Part shown: piece by piece, positions 1-12,586 of the stretch
Layout: each line of letters begins with the position of its first letter
Numbering within the stretch: the first letter of the stretch is position 1
Program-made: the position numbers and the translations under genes
NCBI GenBank assembly: GCA_028711115.1
Contig: JAQTSV010000001.1
Coordinates: 1,304,928-1,368,927 of the forward strand
Length of the DNA: 64,000 nucleotides
Direction of reading: 5' to 3'
DNA from: Candidatus Omnitrophota bacterium
GTDB taxonomy: Bacteria; Omnitrophota; Gorgyraeia; Velamenicoccales; JABMQK01
Notes under the pieces: model-generated
What the model saw: only the letters and a program-made list of their open reading frames with translations
Database searches by the model: none
Told to the model about the DNA's origin: nothing

Positions 1-25
1 GAACCGACGACCAGCCGTTCTATTT

Positions 26-3271
<3,246 letters not shown>

Positions 3272-3277
3272 CTATAT

Positions 3278-3553
3278 TCAAAACCTTATCTGAAAATCGC
3301 TGAATTTGCCGGTTGCCTCTAGAATATCTGTTTCTTCGTCTTGGATATATTTTTGGAAGTATTCTCTTACCTTATCTAAAAAATCATCTACGATCTCTTT
3401 CTCTGATTCAGCCACAACTTCCACGTTGCCATCGGATAGATTCTTAACCCAACCTTTAACTCCCAAGTCTGCGGCAATTCTTTCTGCTGTAAAACGAAAA
3501 CCTATCCCCTGCACGCGGCCTTTGAAAATAACATGGGCTTGAATTTTAGCCAT
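3278..3553 (-). CDS. acyP: Acylphosphatase
   Basis: Motifs [10 protein letters not shown] and GWVKN. Start trimmed to the ATG at 3553 (MAKIQAHV) because the longer ORF runs into the tRNA-Pro gene. Confidence 0.85.
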   Translation of the reverse strand: MAKIQAHVIFKGRVQGIGFRFTAERIAADLGVKGWVKNLSDGNVEVVAESEKEIVDDFLDKVREYFQKYIQDEETDILEATGKFSDFQIRF

Positions 3554-3582
3554 AGTTAATACCGGAATGATAAAATGATTTT

Positions 3583-3661
3583 TGGTCGGGGAGGTGGGAT
3601 TTGAACCCACGGCCTCAACGTCCCGAACGTTGCGCGCTAAACCAAACTGCGCTACTCCCCG
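3583..3661 (-). tRNA. tRNA-Pro (anticodon CGG), CCA encoded
   Basis: The reverse complement CGGGGAGTAGCGCAG...CAACGTTCGGGACGTTG...GTGGGTTCAAATCCCACCTCCCCGACCA folds as a cloverleaf. The anticodon loop is TTCGGGA. Confidence 0.9.
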
Positions 3662-3752
3662 TCAATTCTATCGAGATAGTATAACAAAAATCAGTAGGTT
3701 AATCAATTAGAGATAAAGGAAACTGAGATTGGATTTTACAGCGTCAAATTTC

Positions 3753-4340
3753 TTATTTTTTAACGGGATTTGAAGCGTATTTGGCAAGGATATCGAACTC
3801 AATATTAACTTTATTGCTCACACCCTTTTTATCAAGAACGGTATTGTTAAGTGTATGGCTAATTATATAAACTGTAAAAGAATCTTTGAAAACATCCACC
3901 ACAGTAAGGCTTATGCCGTCTATGGCCACAGCGCCTTTGGGCCTTAATAAATTCATAAAATTCCTGGCAACGGTTATTTCAAAGAAATGATTATTGTTGA
4001 TGAATCCCTTCTTTTTTATTATACCCATGCAATCGATGTGGCCTGTAACAAAGTGGCCTGATATTTTATCATTGACTTTAAGGCTTTCCTCTAAGTTAAC
4101 GGCCTCGCCGCTCTTTAACAATCCCAGATTAGTCAACTCCATTGTTTCTGCGAGCAAATCAAAGGTCAGAATATCGCCTTTTATTTTTGTGGCCGTAAGA
4201 CAAACGCCGTTTACGCTGATGCTGTCCCCTGTCTTTGTCCGGGAAGAAATAATCTTGGAGCGGATACTCAAATTCTCGGTCTTTTTATACCGAGAGAAAC
4301 TAACCACCCTGCCTATCTCTTGAATTATTCCCGTAAACAT
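3753..4340 (-). CDS. ribE: Riboflavin synthase alpha chain
   Basis: N-terminal MFTGII and the duplicated lumazine-binding repeat. Confidence 0.95.
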   Translation of the reverse strand: MFTGIIQEIGRVVSFSRYKKTENLSIRSKIISSRTKTGDSISVNGVCLTATKIKGDILTFDLLAETMELTNLGLLKSGEAVNLEESLKVNDKISGHFVTGHIDCMGIIKKKGFINNNHFFEITVARNFMNLLRPKGAVAIDGISLTVVDVFKDSFTVYIISHTLNNTVLDKKGVSNKVNIEFDILAKYASNPVKK

Positions 4341-4343
4341 AAA

Positions 4344-5456
4344 TTAATATTCGCGGACTGCGCCCTCGACCAACAAATCCTGATTTAATTGCCTTAAATT
4401 GATTTTTTTTATCTCTCTGGCTTGTTTTATCCAGCGGATACCACTGCCTCGTATGCTGGCAATAGATTTATCACCACCAATTATATTCGGTGCAATAAAA
4501 AATAACACATAATCTACTAAATTCTCATCCAATAATGCACCGGCTATTTTTCCGCCGCCTTCTGCCAAAATATTGGCGATTTCCAACTGCGCTAATTTTC
4601 TAAACAAATCTTCCAAATCCAAGAGTCCGTTTTTTTCTTCTACGCCTAAAATAATGGCGTTTTTATTAATCAACGATTTTATTTTATTGTGATTTTTGAT
4701 TATATTCTTTTTAGAAGTAGCTATAATTACCAAAAATTTATCAGCGTCATCAAATATACGCATATTTTCTTTAATTTTAAGATGCGTATCCAGAATAATC
4801 TTATAAAATTTCTTGCCTTGTGTTCTGCCTTGCGGATTAAGCCGGGGGTTATCCTTTAATACTGTATTTATTCCCACCATTATGGCATCAAAGTCACTGC
4901 GTATTCTGTGGGCGAATTTACGGGATTCTTCTGAAGTAATCCATCGGGAATCGCCGGTCTTTGTAGCGATTTTACCGTCCAAGCTCTGGGCTATCTTCAG
5001 AGTCAGATAAGGCATATTTTTGGTAATATATTTGATAAACGGCTGATTTGTCTGCCTTATCTGTTTCTCCAAAATTCCGGAAATTACTTCTATATTATGT
5101 TTTCTTAAAATCTTTATGCCCTGACCGCGATGCCTGGGATTAGGATCAATCATTCCAACCACTACTTTTTTTATACCGCTTTTAATGATTGCATCTGTGC
5201 AAGGCGGCATCCTGCCGAATGAACTACAGGGCTCTAAAGTAACATACAAAGTTGCCCCTTTTGCCTTTGTGCCTGCTTTTTCCAAAGCAATTATTTCCGC
5301 ATGCTTTAAGCCGGCTCTTCTATGAAAACCTGTCGATAAGACTTTATCATTTTTAACAATGACAGCGCCGACTAACGGATTAGGCGAAGTAAAACCTTTT
5401 GATTTCAGGCTTAATTTCAAAGCCAAATCAATATATTTCTCTATTTTATCGGCCAC
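4344..5456 (-). CDS. ribD: Bifunctional diaminohydroxyphosphoribosylaminopyrimidine deaminase / 5-amino-6-(5-phosphoribosylamino)uracil reductase
   Basis: Deaminase zinc motifs HAEIIAL and PCSSFGRMPPC, followed by a C-terminal reductase domain. Confidence 0.95.
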   Translation of the reverse strand: MADKIEKYIDLALKLSLKSKGFTSPNPLVGAVIVKNDKVLSTGFHRRAGLKHAEIIALEKAGTKAKGATLYVTLEPCSSFGRMPPCTDAIIKSGIKKVVVGMIDPNPRHRGQGIKILRKHNIEVISGILEKQIRQTNQPFIKYITKNMPYLTLKIAQSLDGKIATKTGDSRWITSEESRKFAHRIRSDFDAIMVGINTVLKDNPRLNPQGRTQGKKFYKIILDTHLKIKENMRIFDDADKFLVIIATSKKNIIKNHNKIKSLINKNAIILGVEEKNGLLDLEDLFRKLAQLEIANILAEGGGKIAGALLDENLVDYVLFFIAPNIIGGDKSIASIRGSGIRWIKQAREIKKINLRQLNQDLLVEGAVREY

Positions 5457-6264
5457 GCTTTTCTTCCTTAAGTTTTTCTACTAATTCATAAGGAATGCTT
5501 ACTTTGCCTACGCCTACATCGGGCTTTGCTGTGCCGTGGCAATCAGAACCGCCGGTAACCAAAAGGCCGTATTTATCTGCTATGCGCAAGTAGTGGTTTG
5601 TTACAATTTCGGAATGCTCGGGATAATACGCCTCAAGGCCTCGTAATCCCGCTTTGACAAAACTGGGTATCAGTTCATCGCATTTGGTAGCATAAGGATG
5701 CGCTAATACAGGTATGCCCCCTGCTTCTTTAATCAGTTTAATCGCATCCATGGGATTTAAAGAAAACTTTCCTACATATGCCGGCTTTTTATTGCCGATA
5801 TAGCGGGAAAATGCCTCGTAGATATTCGTTATCTTTCCTTTGGCAAGCATTGCCATGGCAATGTGAAGCCTGCTGGCAGTAGCTTTACCGGATATGTCGA
5901 AAACTTCCTGAGGTTCCAAATCTATGTTTAATTTTTTCAGCTTCTCACACATATCATAGACTCTCTGCCGACGTATCTCGTATATTTTTTTAAGTTCTGT
6001 CTGCAGCCTTGGATAATTCGGATTAATAAAATAACCTAAAATATGTACCTCGTTGGAAATTATCTCTGCGCTCAGCTCAATCCCTTCGATGACTTCCAGC
6101 GAATCGGCCGCTTCTTTTTTAACTTCATCAATCGCGGCTACGCTATCATGATCCGTAACAGAGATACAAAAAAGTCCTGCCTTTTTTGCCTCCTCTACCA
6201 ACTCTGCGGGAGAGAATGTGCCATCAGAAAAATTAGTGTGAAGATGTAAATCGGCGAGTTTCAT
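5446..6264 (-). CDS. PHP-domain phosphoesterase (TrpH/YciV-like)
   Basis: N-terminal DLHLHTNFSDG and the later histidine motifs of the PHP fold. Embedded in the rib operon. Confidence 0.85.
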   Translation of the reverse strand: MKLADLHLHTNFSDGTFSPAELVEEAKKAGLFCISVTDHDSVAAIDEVKKEAADSLEVIEGIELSAEIISNEVHILGYFINPNYPRLQTELKKIYEIRRQRVYDMCEKLKKLNIDLEPQEVFDISGKATASRLHIAMAMLAKGKITNIYEAFSRYIGNKKPAYVGKFSLNPMDAIKLIKEAGGIPVLAHPYATKCDELIPSFVKAGLRGLEAYYPEHSEIVTNHYLRIADKYGLLVTGGSDCHGTAKPDVGVGKVSIPYELVEKLKEEKRGR

Positions 6265-6681
6265 TTAAGATTTCTTTATGTCAGTTTTATTTATTTTATC
6301 GAGGATACCATTGACGAATTTTCCGGAATCAATGCCGCCATATTTTTTTGCCAAATCCACTGCTTCATTTATGGTTACCTTAGACGGTATGTCCGCCAAA
6401 AACATAAGCTCAAAACAAGCCAGCCTTAAAACATTGCGGTCCACTACAGCCATACGGTCCAATTCCCAATTAGCGGCGAATTCGGCTATTTTTTTATCCA
6501 AAGTTTCCAAAGAATCCAACGTCCCTGAAATAAGTTTGTTGGCAAATTCTTTTATTTCACTGTCACTATCCTGATCGTAGCTGAAGAAATCTTCGGCTGC
6601 TTTCTTGGCATCCTGAGGGACAACATCAATCTGATAAAGAATCTTTAGGGCTATTTCCCGTGCCTGGGTTCTTTTTCTCAT
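6265..6681 (-). CDS. nusB: Transcription antitermination factor NusB
   Basis: Typical NusB length and sequence (REIALKILYQ...). Adjacent to ribH, as in many bacteria. Confidence 0.9.
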   Translation of the reverse strand: MRKRTQAREIALKILYQIDVVPQDAKKAAEDFFSYDQDSDSEIKEFANKLISGTLDSLETLDKKIAEFAANWELDRMAVVDRNVLRLACFELMFLADIPSKVTINEAVDLAKKYGGIDSGKFVNGILDKINKTDIKKS

Positions 6682-6688
6682 TGTTTGA

Positions 6689-7156
6689 TTATTTAACCTC
6701 TTCTAATAAATTCACCATCTCTATGGCGGAAAGAGCAGCGTCTCTTCCTTTATTGCCATCTTTTGTGCCGGCGCGTTCTATGGCCTGCTCAATCGTATCT
6801 GCCGTAATGACGCCGAAAATTGTGGGAACTCCTGTCTCCATAGAAATACTGGCTATGCCTTTGGAAACTTCCGAAGCAATAAAATCAAAATGCGGCGTAG
6901 CGCCCCTTATTATCGTACCCAGACAAATTACCGCGTCGTATTTTTTCTTCTTTGCCAACACATTTGCCAAAGTGGGAATTTCAAATGCACCCGGCACCCA
7001 GAAAGTTTCCACTTCGTTATCCTTTACGCCGTGCCTTATCAATGTATCCAGGCAGCCACCAAGCAGTTCCTTGGTCACAAAATCATTAAAACGCGATGCC
7101 ACCACGGCAAATTTCTTGCCGGAACAAACCAATTTCGCTTCATACTGCTTACTCAT
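6689..7156 (-). CDS. ribH: 6,7-dimethyl-8-ribityllumazine synthase
   Basis: A 155-aa protein with the conserved VPGAFEIP and GVITADT regions. Confidence 0.95.
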   Translation of the reverse strand: MSKQYEAKLVCSGKKFAVVASRFNDFVTKELLGGCLDTLIRHGVKDNEVETFWVPGAFEIPTLANVLAKKKKYDAVICLGTIIRGATPHFDFIASEVSKGIASISMETGVPTIFGVITADTIEQAIERAGTKDGNKGRDAALSAIEMVNLLEEVK

Positions 7157-7169
7157 TGTAAACCTCCTT

Positions 7170-8399
7170 TTATTTTAGGTAATGGCCTAATTTGGTTTTT
7201 TTTGTCTCAAGGTATTTCTTATTTATCTTATTTGCGGGAATATCCAAAGGTATGCGCTCGGAAATATGCAAGCCATAGCCTTCCAATCCCACAACTTTTT
7301 TAGGATTATTGGTAAGTAACCTAATATTTTTTATTCCTAAATCCGCCAATATCTGGGCGCCGATGCCATAATCCCTTAAATCAGCCTCAAAACCCAACGC
7401 CTCATTCGCCTCGACGGTATCAAGGCCTTTGTCCTGCAAATTATAAGCGCGTATTTTATTGATAAGTCCTATCCCTCTTCCTTCCTGGCTCATATATAGA
7501 ATAACTCCCTTGCCTTCCTTACCGATTAATTCCAAAGCCTTTTTTAACTGCGTGCCGCAATCGCATCTCAATGAACCAAAAACATCTCCGGTCAAACACT
7601 CCGAATGCACCCTTACCATAACGGGTTTCTGTTCTTTTCTTATCTCCTCTTCATTTCCTAAAACTAAAGCGATATGATTAAGTTTATCTATGGAAGATTC
7701 ATAAACCAGCATCTGGAATTCGCCGAATTCAGTGGGAAGCGATGCCCTGGTAATCCTTTTTACAAGCATTTCTTTTTTGCGGCGGAATTCAATCAAATCC
7801 TCTATGGAACAAATCTTTAAATTGTGATTTTGGGAAAATTCCAGTAATTGCGGCAACCTAGACATCGAACCATCTTCATTCATAATTTCACAAATTACGC
7901 CAGCAGGATAAAGCCCTGCCAGTTTCATAAAGTCTACCGCCGCCTCTGTATGGCCTGCCCTGACTAAAACTCCGCCGTTTCTTGATTTTAACGGAAAGAT
8001 GTGCCCGGGGCGGATTAAATCATCGGGCTTTGTCTGCGGATTTATCAAAACTTCCACTGTGCGAGCCCGGTCAAAAGCGGAAATTCCCGTGGTAATGCCG
8101 CTGCGCGCATCTACGGAAATCATCCAGGCAGTTGCGTAGGGGTCATAACTGTTGGCGCTCTCCTGAAAATATGGCGACACCATGGGGAAAAGGTTCAATT
8201 CCTTTAATCTTTCTTCCTCCATAGGCACGCATATAAGGCCTCTGGCGTATTTTGCCATAAAATTTATATGCTCCGGCGTGGCGGATGACGCGGGTATAAT
8301 TAAATCACCTTCGTTTTCGCGGTCTTCGTCATCGACTACGATAACCATTTTACCGGCTTTAAGCTCATCTATTATTTCCTGAATGCTGCTAAATTTCAT
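7170..8399 (-). CDS. ribBA: Bifunctional 3,4-dihydroxy-2-butanone-4-phosphate synthase / GTP cyclohydrolase II
   Basis: [11 protein letters not shown] (DHBP synthase) and [21 protein letters not shown] (GCH II zinc site). AAGGAGA Shine-Dalgarno upstream. Confidence 0.95.
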   Translation of the reverse strand: MKFSSIQEIIDELKAGKMVIVVDDEDRENEGDLIIPASSATPEHINFMAKYARGLICVPMEEERLKELNLFPMVSPYFQESANSYDPYATAWMISVDARSGITTGISAFDRARTVEVLINPQTKPDDLIRPGHIFPLKSRNGGVLVRAGHTEAAVDFMKLAGLYPAGVICEIMNEDGSMSRLPQLLEFSQNHNLKICSIEDLIEFRRKKEMLVKRITRASLPTEFGEFQMLVYESSIDKLNHIALVLGNEEEIRKEQKPVMVRVHSECLTGDVFGSLRCDCGTQLKKALELIGKEGKGVILYMSQEGRGIGLINKIRAYNLQDKGLDTVEANEALGFEADLRDYGIGAQILADLGIKNIRLLTNNPKKVVGLEGYGLHISERIPLDIPANKINKKYLETKKTKLGHYLK

Positions 8400-8412
8400 A
8401 ACCAGTCTCCTT

Positions 8413-8447
8413 AAAATAAAAAATCCCGAAGATAACCATCGGGATTA
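8413..8447 (-). terminator. Riboswitch expression-platform intrinsic terminator
   Basis: AAUCCCGA-UGGUUAUC-UUCGGGAUU followed by UUUUAUUUU, located between the aptamer and the ribBA Shine-Dalgarno. Confidence 0.8.
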
Positions 8448-8467
8448 AATTTCTCCTGCTAAAAATT

Positions 8468-8632
8468 CTTTCTGCCCTCTCCCATCTAGACTTTTCGCCA
8501 AGTAAACTTAGCGACTCCGTTTTTCACGGAGACTATTGGCCCAAGAATTACACTTGGTCAATCCGCCGTTACAACTTTGGCGGACTCGTAGGCTTTCACT
8601 ACCAGTCAGGAATCACACCTGATCCCGAAGGT
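8468..8632 (-). promoter_or_regulatory. FMN riboswitch (RFN element) aptamer
   Basis: The minus strand reads CUUCGGGAUCAGGUGUGAUUCCUGACUGGUAGU...AGCCUACGAGUC...GGAUUGACCAAGUGUAAUUCUUGGGCCAAUAGU...AGUCUAGAUGGGAGAGG. This matches the conserved RFN core blocks and lies upstream of ribBA. Confidence 0.9.
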
Positions 8633-8660
8633 TATTTTAATTTATACCAAAAGATTATAT

Positions 8661-8689
8661 TTGTCAAGGCATTTTACTTACAGTATAAT
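8661..8689 (+). promoter_or_regulatory. Sigma70-like promoter for cinA-thpR
   Basis: TTGTCA (8661-8666), a 17-nt spacer, then TATAAT (8684-8689), about 47 nt upstream of the cinA ATG. Confidence 0.6.
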
Positions 8690-8736
8690 TGACTTATATA
8701 ATAATGGCGGAATAACCATAATCTACCCAAAAATTT

Positions 8737-9207
8737 ATGCTGCTAAAAAAAGTTGCTGAACTTTTGCTAAAAAAGAAACTGACGATTGCCGTCGCTGAAT
8801 CCTGTACTGGCGGCCTCACATCACACTCCCTAACAAACATAAACGGCAGTTCCAAATACTTTAAATTAGGCCTCGTCCTTTATTCCAACCAGGCAAAATC
8901 CGGAATCCTTAAGATTAAGACCAGTGAAATAAAAAAACATGGCGCTGTTTCAGAAAGAATCGCCTTCCTTATGGCAAAAAAAGTAAGAGAACTGGCAAAG
9001 ACCGATATAGGAATTTCTTCGACCGGCATAGCCGGGCCAAGCGGCGGCAGCAGAAAAAAACCTGTGGGCACTGTGTTTATCGGCATAGCCTGCAAAAATT
9101 GCGTGGTTGTCAGAAAATTCAACTTCAAAGGAACGCGCCTCCAGATAAAAAATAAAACCAAAAACAAAACCCTCCTTCTAATCAAAACATGCCTGGCGAA
9201 TCAATAA
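8737..9207 (+). CDS. pncC: CinA C-terminal domain / nicotinamide-nucleotide amidohydrolase PncC
   Basis: AVAESCTGG motif; 156 aa; only the CinA C-terminal domain is present. Confidence 0.85.
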   Translation: MLLKKVAELLLKKKLTIAVAESCTGGLTSHSLTNINGSSKYFKLGLVLYSNQAKSGILKIKTSEIKKHGAVSERIAFLMAKKVRELAKTDIGISSTGIAGPSGGSRKKPVGTVFIGIACKNCVVVRKFNFKGTRLQIKNKTKNKTLLLIKTCLANQ

Positions 9208-9767
9208 GAACTTTCATAGCATTAGAAATCGAAGATAAAATAAAAGACAAGATTTCCGAAATTCAGGAGACGATTAAGCGCGCCAATTTAATAAAGGCAA
9301 GCTGGGTGGCAAAAAACAACCTGCATCTTACTTTAAAGTTTTTAGGAGACACTAAATTAAAAGACGTGGAAAAAATAAAAGAAAAGATTAAAAATTCCTC
9401 CCAAGGCGAACAATCCATAAAATGTAACCTAAACAAAATAGGTGTATTCCCTAACGAAAGATCTCCCAGGGTTATATGGGCGGGCATTGAAGGCGGCTAT
9501 GAGCAAATTGCAGGATTGGTTAATAAACTCGAGACAAACATTTCTGAACTTGGTTTCAAGAAGGAAAAAAGGGATTTTAAGACTCATATCACCATATGCA
9601 GGCCCAGGCAAATATTAAATCCCCAGCAATTCGGTTTATTGTTGGAAGAAATCAATAAAAATTTCGAACCTCAGGAATTTGTTATAAATGAACTGGTTTT
9701 CTTCGAAAGCAAACTCACGCCGCAAGGCTCTATCTATACGCCTTTAGCCAGTTACCACCTGGAATAA
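9189..9767 (+). CDS. thpR: RNA 2',3'-cyclic phosphodiesterase (2'-5' RNA ligase family, ThpR/LigT)
   Basis: Two HxT motifs (HLTLKF and HITICR) at the expected spacing for the 2H phosphoesterase fold. Confidence 0.85.
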   Translation: MPGESIRTFIALEIEDKIKDKISEIQETIKRANLIKASWVAKNNLHLTLKFLGDTKLKDVEKIKEKIKNSSQGEQSIKCNLNKIGVFPNERSPRVIWAGIEGGYEQIAGLVNKLETNISELGFKKEKRDFKTHITICRPRQILNPQQFGLLLEEINKNFEPQEFVINELVFFESKLTPQGSIYTPLASYHLE

Positions 9768-9807
9768 CTCTTTTTCTGAAAATAATTAAGAATATTTTGG
9801 CGGGATT

Positions 9808-10395
9808 TTATTCTAAGAGGGACTGGATTTCTTTCTTGGAAGTCAATACTAATTTAATATGCATCCCGGAAATAAAACTCAAATCCGAAACTGCCAGGAT
9901 ATCCTCCGGGTCAGATGTCGCCACTACAAGAAATCCGTCTTTAACATCTATGGGAATAACATTGTAGTGTTTGAGAATATCTACGGGGACTTTGGAGAAA
10001 GCATCTGCATTAATATCATAGCTAGCCAAACTGATTATTTCCAAATTATATTGTTTAGCCTGTGCTGCGATTAAATCCTCCTGGCTGACGTAACCCAACT
10101 CCAATAAAATATCCCCCAGGGTACGTACTTCTGATTTCTGGATATTTAAGGCGTGCTGTAACTGATTAAAATTTATCAGCTTGGCATTAATTAAAATCTC
10201 TCCTAATTTTGAACCGTATTGTTTGGCTAATGCCGCATCTAACTTTTCCTGCGCAATATAGCCCTGCCCCACCAGTATTTCACCTAATGGTTTTTTATTT
10301 GTCTCCTGCAGGGCAAGGGCAGCCAACAGCTGCTGTTCTGAAACCAAGCCAGCTTCAACTAATATGTCACCTAATCTCTTGGGAATCTTCTGCAT
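9808..10395 (-). CDS. Stand-alone GspE/PilB N-terminal module: four MshEN-type repeats plus a T2SSE_N domain
   Basis: Four ~24-aa repeats fit RLGxxLVxxG(L/Y)(V/I)xxxxLxxALxxQ: RLGDILVEAGLVSEQQLLAALALQ, PLGEILVGQGYIAQEKLDAALAKQ, KLGEILINAKLINFNQLQHALNIQ and TLGDILLELGYVSQEDLIAAQAKQ. A T2SSE_N-like C-terminus follows (VIPIDVKDGFLVVATSDPED). Confidence 0.7.
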   Translation of the reverse strand: MQKIPKRLGDILVEAGLVSEQQLLAALALQETNKKPLGEILVGQGYIAQEKLDAALAKQYGSKLGEILINAKLINFNQLQHALNIQKSEVRTLGDILLELGYVSQEDLIAAQAKQYNLEIISLASYDINADAFSKVPVDILKHYNVIPIDVKDGFLVVATSDPEDILAVSDLSFISGMHIKLVLTSKKEIQSLLE

Positions 10396-10413
10396 AGGAT
10401 TATTTCTAAAATT

Positions 10414-11535
10414 TTATTCTATGGCAAATACCCTGTCTATCTCCTGCTGGGTAGTAAGATTTTCCTTCAGCAGCTTATCTATAGAACCCTGAAATGGCAC
10501 AATATTATTCCCGGCTGCTGCCCTTAATTCATCTGCGGAGGCCTTATGCAAAATCAGGTCTCTCATTTTATCATTAATGACAACTAATTCAAATATTCCC
10601 GTTCTTTTCTTAAATCCTGTATTCATACACTGAGAACAACCCTTGCCTTTGCATATCTTACAAATTAATCTTATTAACCTCTGTGCCAAAACGCCTGTAA
10701 GGGCCGAGGAAATAAAATACGGTTCTACCTCCATATCCAACAATCTTATAATTGTATGAATAGCGTCTCTTCCGTGAAGAGTGGAAAATACCATAGAACC
10801 CGCTAATGCCGCCTGCAAAGCCGTGCGCGCTGTCTCGCCGTCCCTGATTTCTCCTACGGCGATTATGTCGGGGTCCTGGCGCATAATTGCGCGTAGGCCA
10901 CTGACAAAAGTCATGCCAAATTCATGCTCAACCTGAATCTGATTTATGCCTACGAATTTGCATTCTACAGGATCTTCTATTGTGCAGATATTTTCCTGAC
11001 GGGAATATACCTGCTGCAGAGTGGAATAAAGAGTCGTGGTCTTACCTGAACCGGTAGGACCGGAAATAATAACAAAACCCTCGGGCCTGGTGAATACGCT
11101 CCTGTAAACTTCTACGAATTCTTTATCCATGCCCAGCTCTTCCAAACTTAAGCAATAACGGCTCCTGTCCATAATACGCATAACTATCTTTTCGCCAATA
11201 ATTGTAGGCATGCTTGCCACACGCACATCCACATCGGCTCCGCTTAAGGTGGTAAAGGTAAAGCGGCCGTCCTGCTCTCTTCTTTTCTTGGTAGGATCCA
11301 ATCCGCTCATTATCTTTATGGCATTTGTCAAACTATCCATCTGGGGATCGCTCTTTACCACTTTATCTACGTCTCTAAGCACGCCGTCAATGCGGAATCT
11401 TACCACAAATTCTTTCTGACCTTCAGTGATAAAAGGCTCCCAATGGATATCAGTGGCGCGTTCACGGATGGCCTTGTTGGTTATTTCGTTAATAAAATGC
11501 AGGGACTGGTCTTTAAATTCGGGCTTTTTCTCCAC
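10414..11535 (-). CDS. Type II secretion / type IV pilus assembly ATPase core (GspE/PilB family) lacking the N-terminal domain
   Basis: Walker A GPTGSGKTTT, Asp box, Walker B, His box and the tetracysteine motif CKICKGKGCSQC. Confidence 0.85.
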   Translation of the reverse strand: MEKKPEFKDQSLHFINEITNKAIRERATDIHWEPFITEGQKEFVVRFRIDGVLRDVDKVVKSDPQMDSLTNAIKIMSGLDPTKKRREQDGRFTFTTLSGADVDVRVASMPTIIGEKIVMRIMDRSRYCLSLEELGMDKEFVEVYRSVFTRPEGFVIISGPTGSGKTTTLYSTLQQVYSRQENICTIEDPVECKFVGINQIQVEHEFGMTFVSGLRAIMRQDPDIIAVGEIRDGETARTALQAALAGSMVFSTLHGRDAIHTIIRLLDMEVEPYFISSALTGVLAQRLIRLICKICKGKGCSQCMNTGFKKRTGIFELVVINDKMRDLILHKASADELRAAAGNNIVPFQGSIDKLLKENLTTQQEIDRVFAIE

Positions 11536-11537
11536 AT

Positions 11538-11990
11538 CTACCTCCTAATAAACATATTTACTAAAAATATAATAATCCAGGAATAAAAACAAGCAATAAT
11601 ATCATCAAGCATTATACCCCAACTGCCAGGAAAATGCTCTATTTTTTTTATGGGATAAGGCTTTATAACATCGAAAATGCGGAAAAGCAAAAAGGCTAAG
11701 AGCAAAAAGAATAAATTCTCAGGAACGAATATTAACAAAATTAAAATTGCCGCCACTTCATCTATGACGATAAATGGCGCGTCCTTCTTATTGAACTTCT
11801 CCTCGGCCTTTGCGCAAATTAAAATACCAACCAAAAAACTCAAAATAGCTACGGCTAAATAAATAATAAAATTATTATGTAATAAAAGATATATGCCTAC
11901 CCCTGCCAAGCTTGCCCATGTGCCGGGACAATACGGCAGATAACCTATGCCAAAGAACGTAGAGAATATTTTAACCGCATCCAACTTCAT
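11538..11990 (-). CDS. pgpA: Phosphatidylglycerophosphatase A
   Basis: The PgpA family sequence (FGIGYLPYCPGTWASL...FRIFDVIKPYP). The start is probably the ATG at 11990 (MKLDAVK), giving a 4-nt overlap with the pgsA stop. Confidence 0.85.
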   Translation of the reverse strand: MKLDAVKIFSTFFGIGYLPYCPGTWASLAGVGIYLLLHNNFIIYLAVAILSFLVGILICAKAEEKFNKKDAPFIVIDEVAAILILLIFVPENLFFLLLAFLLFRIFDVIKPYPIKKIEHFPGSWGIMLDDIIACFYSWIIIFLVNMFIRR

Positions 11991-12565
11991 AAGCTTATAA
12001 TAATCTGGCGGTTGCGCCACAAATAAGAAAACCCGGAACTTACGGTAAGTGATAAGGTTATAAACATTAAAATAATTATACCATAATTCACTGTATTTTC
12101 AACTGCAGGTGTCCAGAAATTTTGCTTCACACCAATCTCGCGGACAATAAGCACTATAAGTATAAAAAATATTGTAAGCATCTGTGAAACGGTTTTGTGT
12201 TTTCCCGATATCCCAGCCTCTAAAACCTTTCCTTTGGTGATAGCCAGAATACGTAATCCCGTAATCAGCATTTCCCGTATTATAATAATAACCACCATCC
12301 AAGCCCAAATCAAATGCATCTCTACGAATGACAGAAATGCGGATAAGACCAGGACTTTATCCGCTATGGGATCCATAAGTTTACCCAAATCCGTAATCTC
12401 GTTTCTGCGGCGCGCTAACCAGCCGTCGAGGAAATCGGTAAAACAAGCAAAACTGAAAATCAAAAAAGCTATTATCTTAAAATTAAGCCCTTCTATAAAC
12501 AAAAACGCCATAAACACAAAAGCCAGAAGCAGTCTTAAAATAGTCAGCTTATTGGAAATATTCAC
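11987..12565 (-). CDS. pgsA: CDP-diacylglycerol--glycerol-3-phosphate 3-phosphatidyltransferase
   Basis: CDP-alcohol phosphatidyltransferase motif DFLDGWLARR...G..MDPIADK. Confidence 0.9.
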   Translation of the reverse strand: MNISNKLTILRLLLAFVFMAFLFIEGLNFKIIAFLIFSFACFTDFLDGWLARRRNEITDLGKLMDPIADKVLVLSAFLSFVEMHLIWAWMVVIIIIREMLITGLRILAITKGKVLEAGISGKHKTVSQMLTIFFILIVLIVREIGVKQNFWTPAVENTVNYGIIILMFITLSLTVSSGFSYLWRNRQIIISL

Positions 12566-12586
12566 CTTATCGCCTCCTTTATATAA

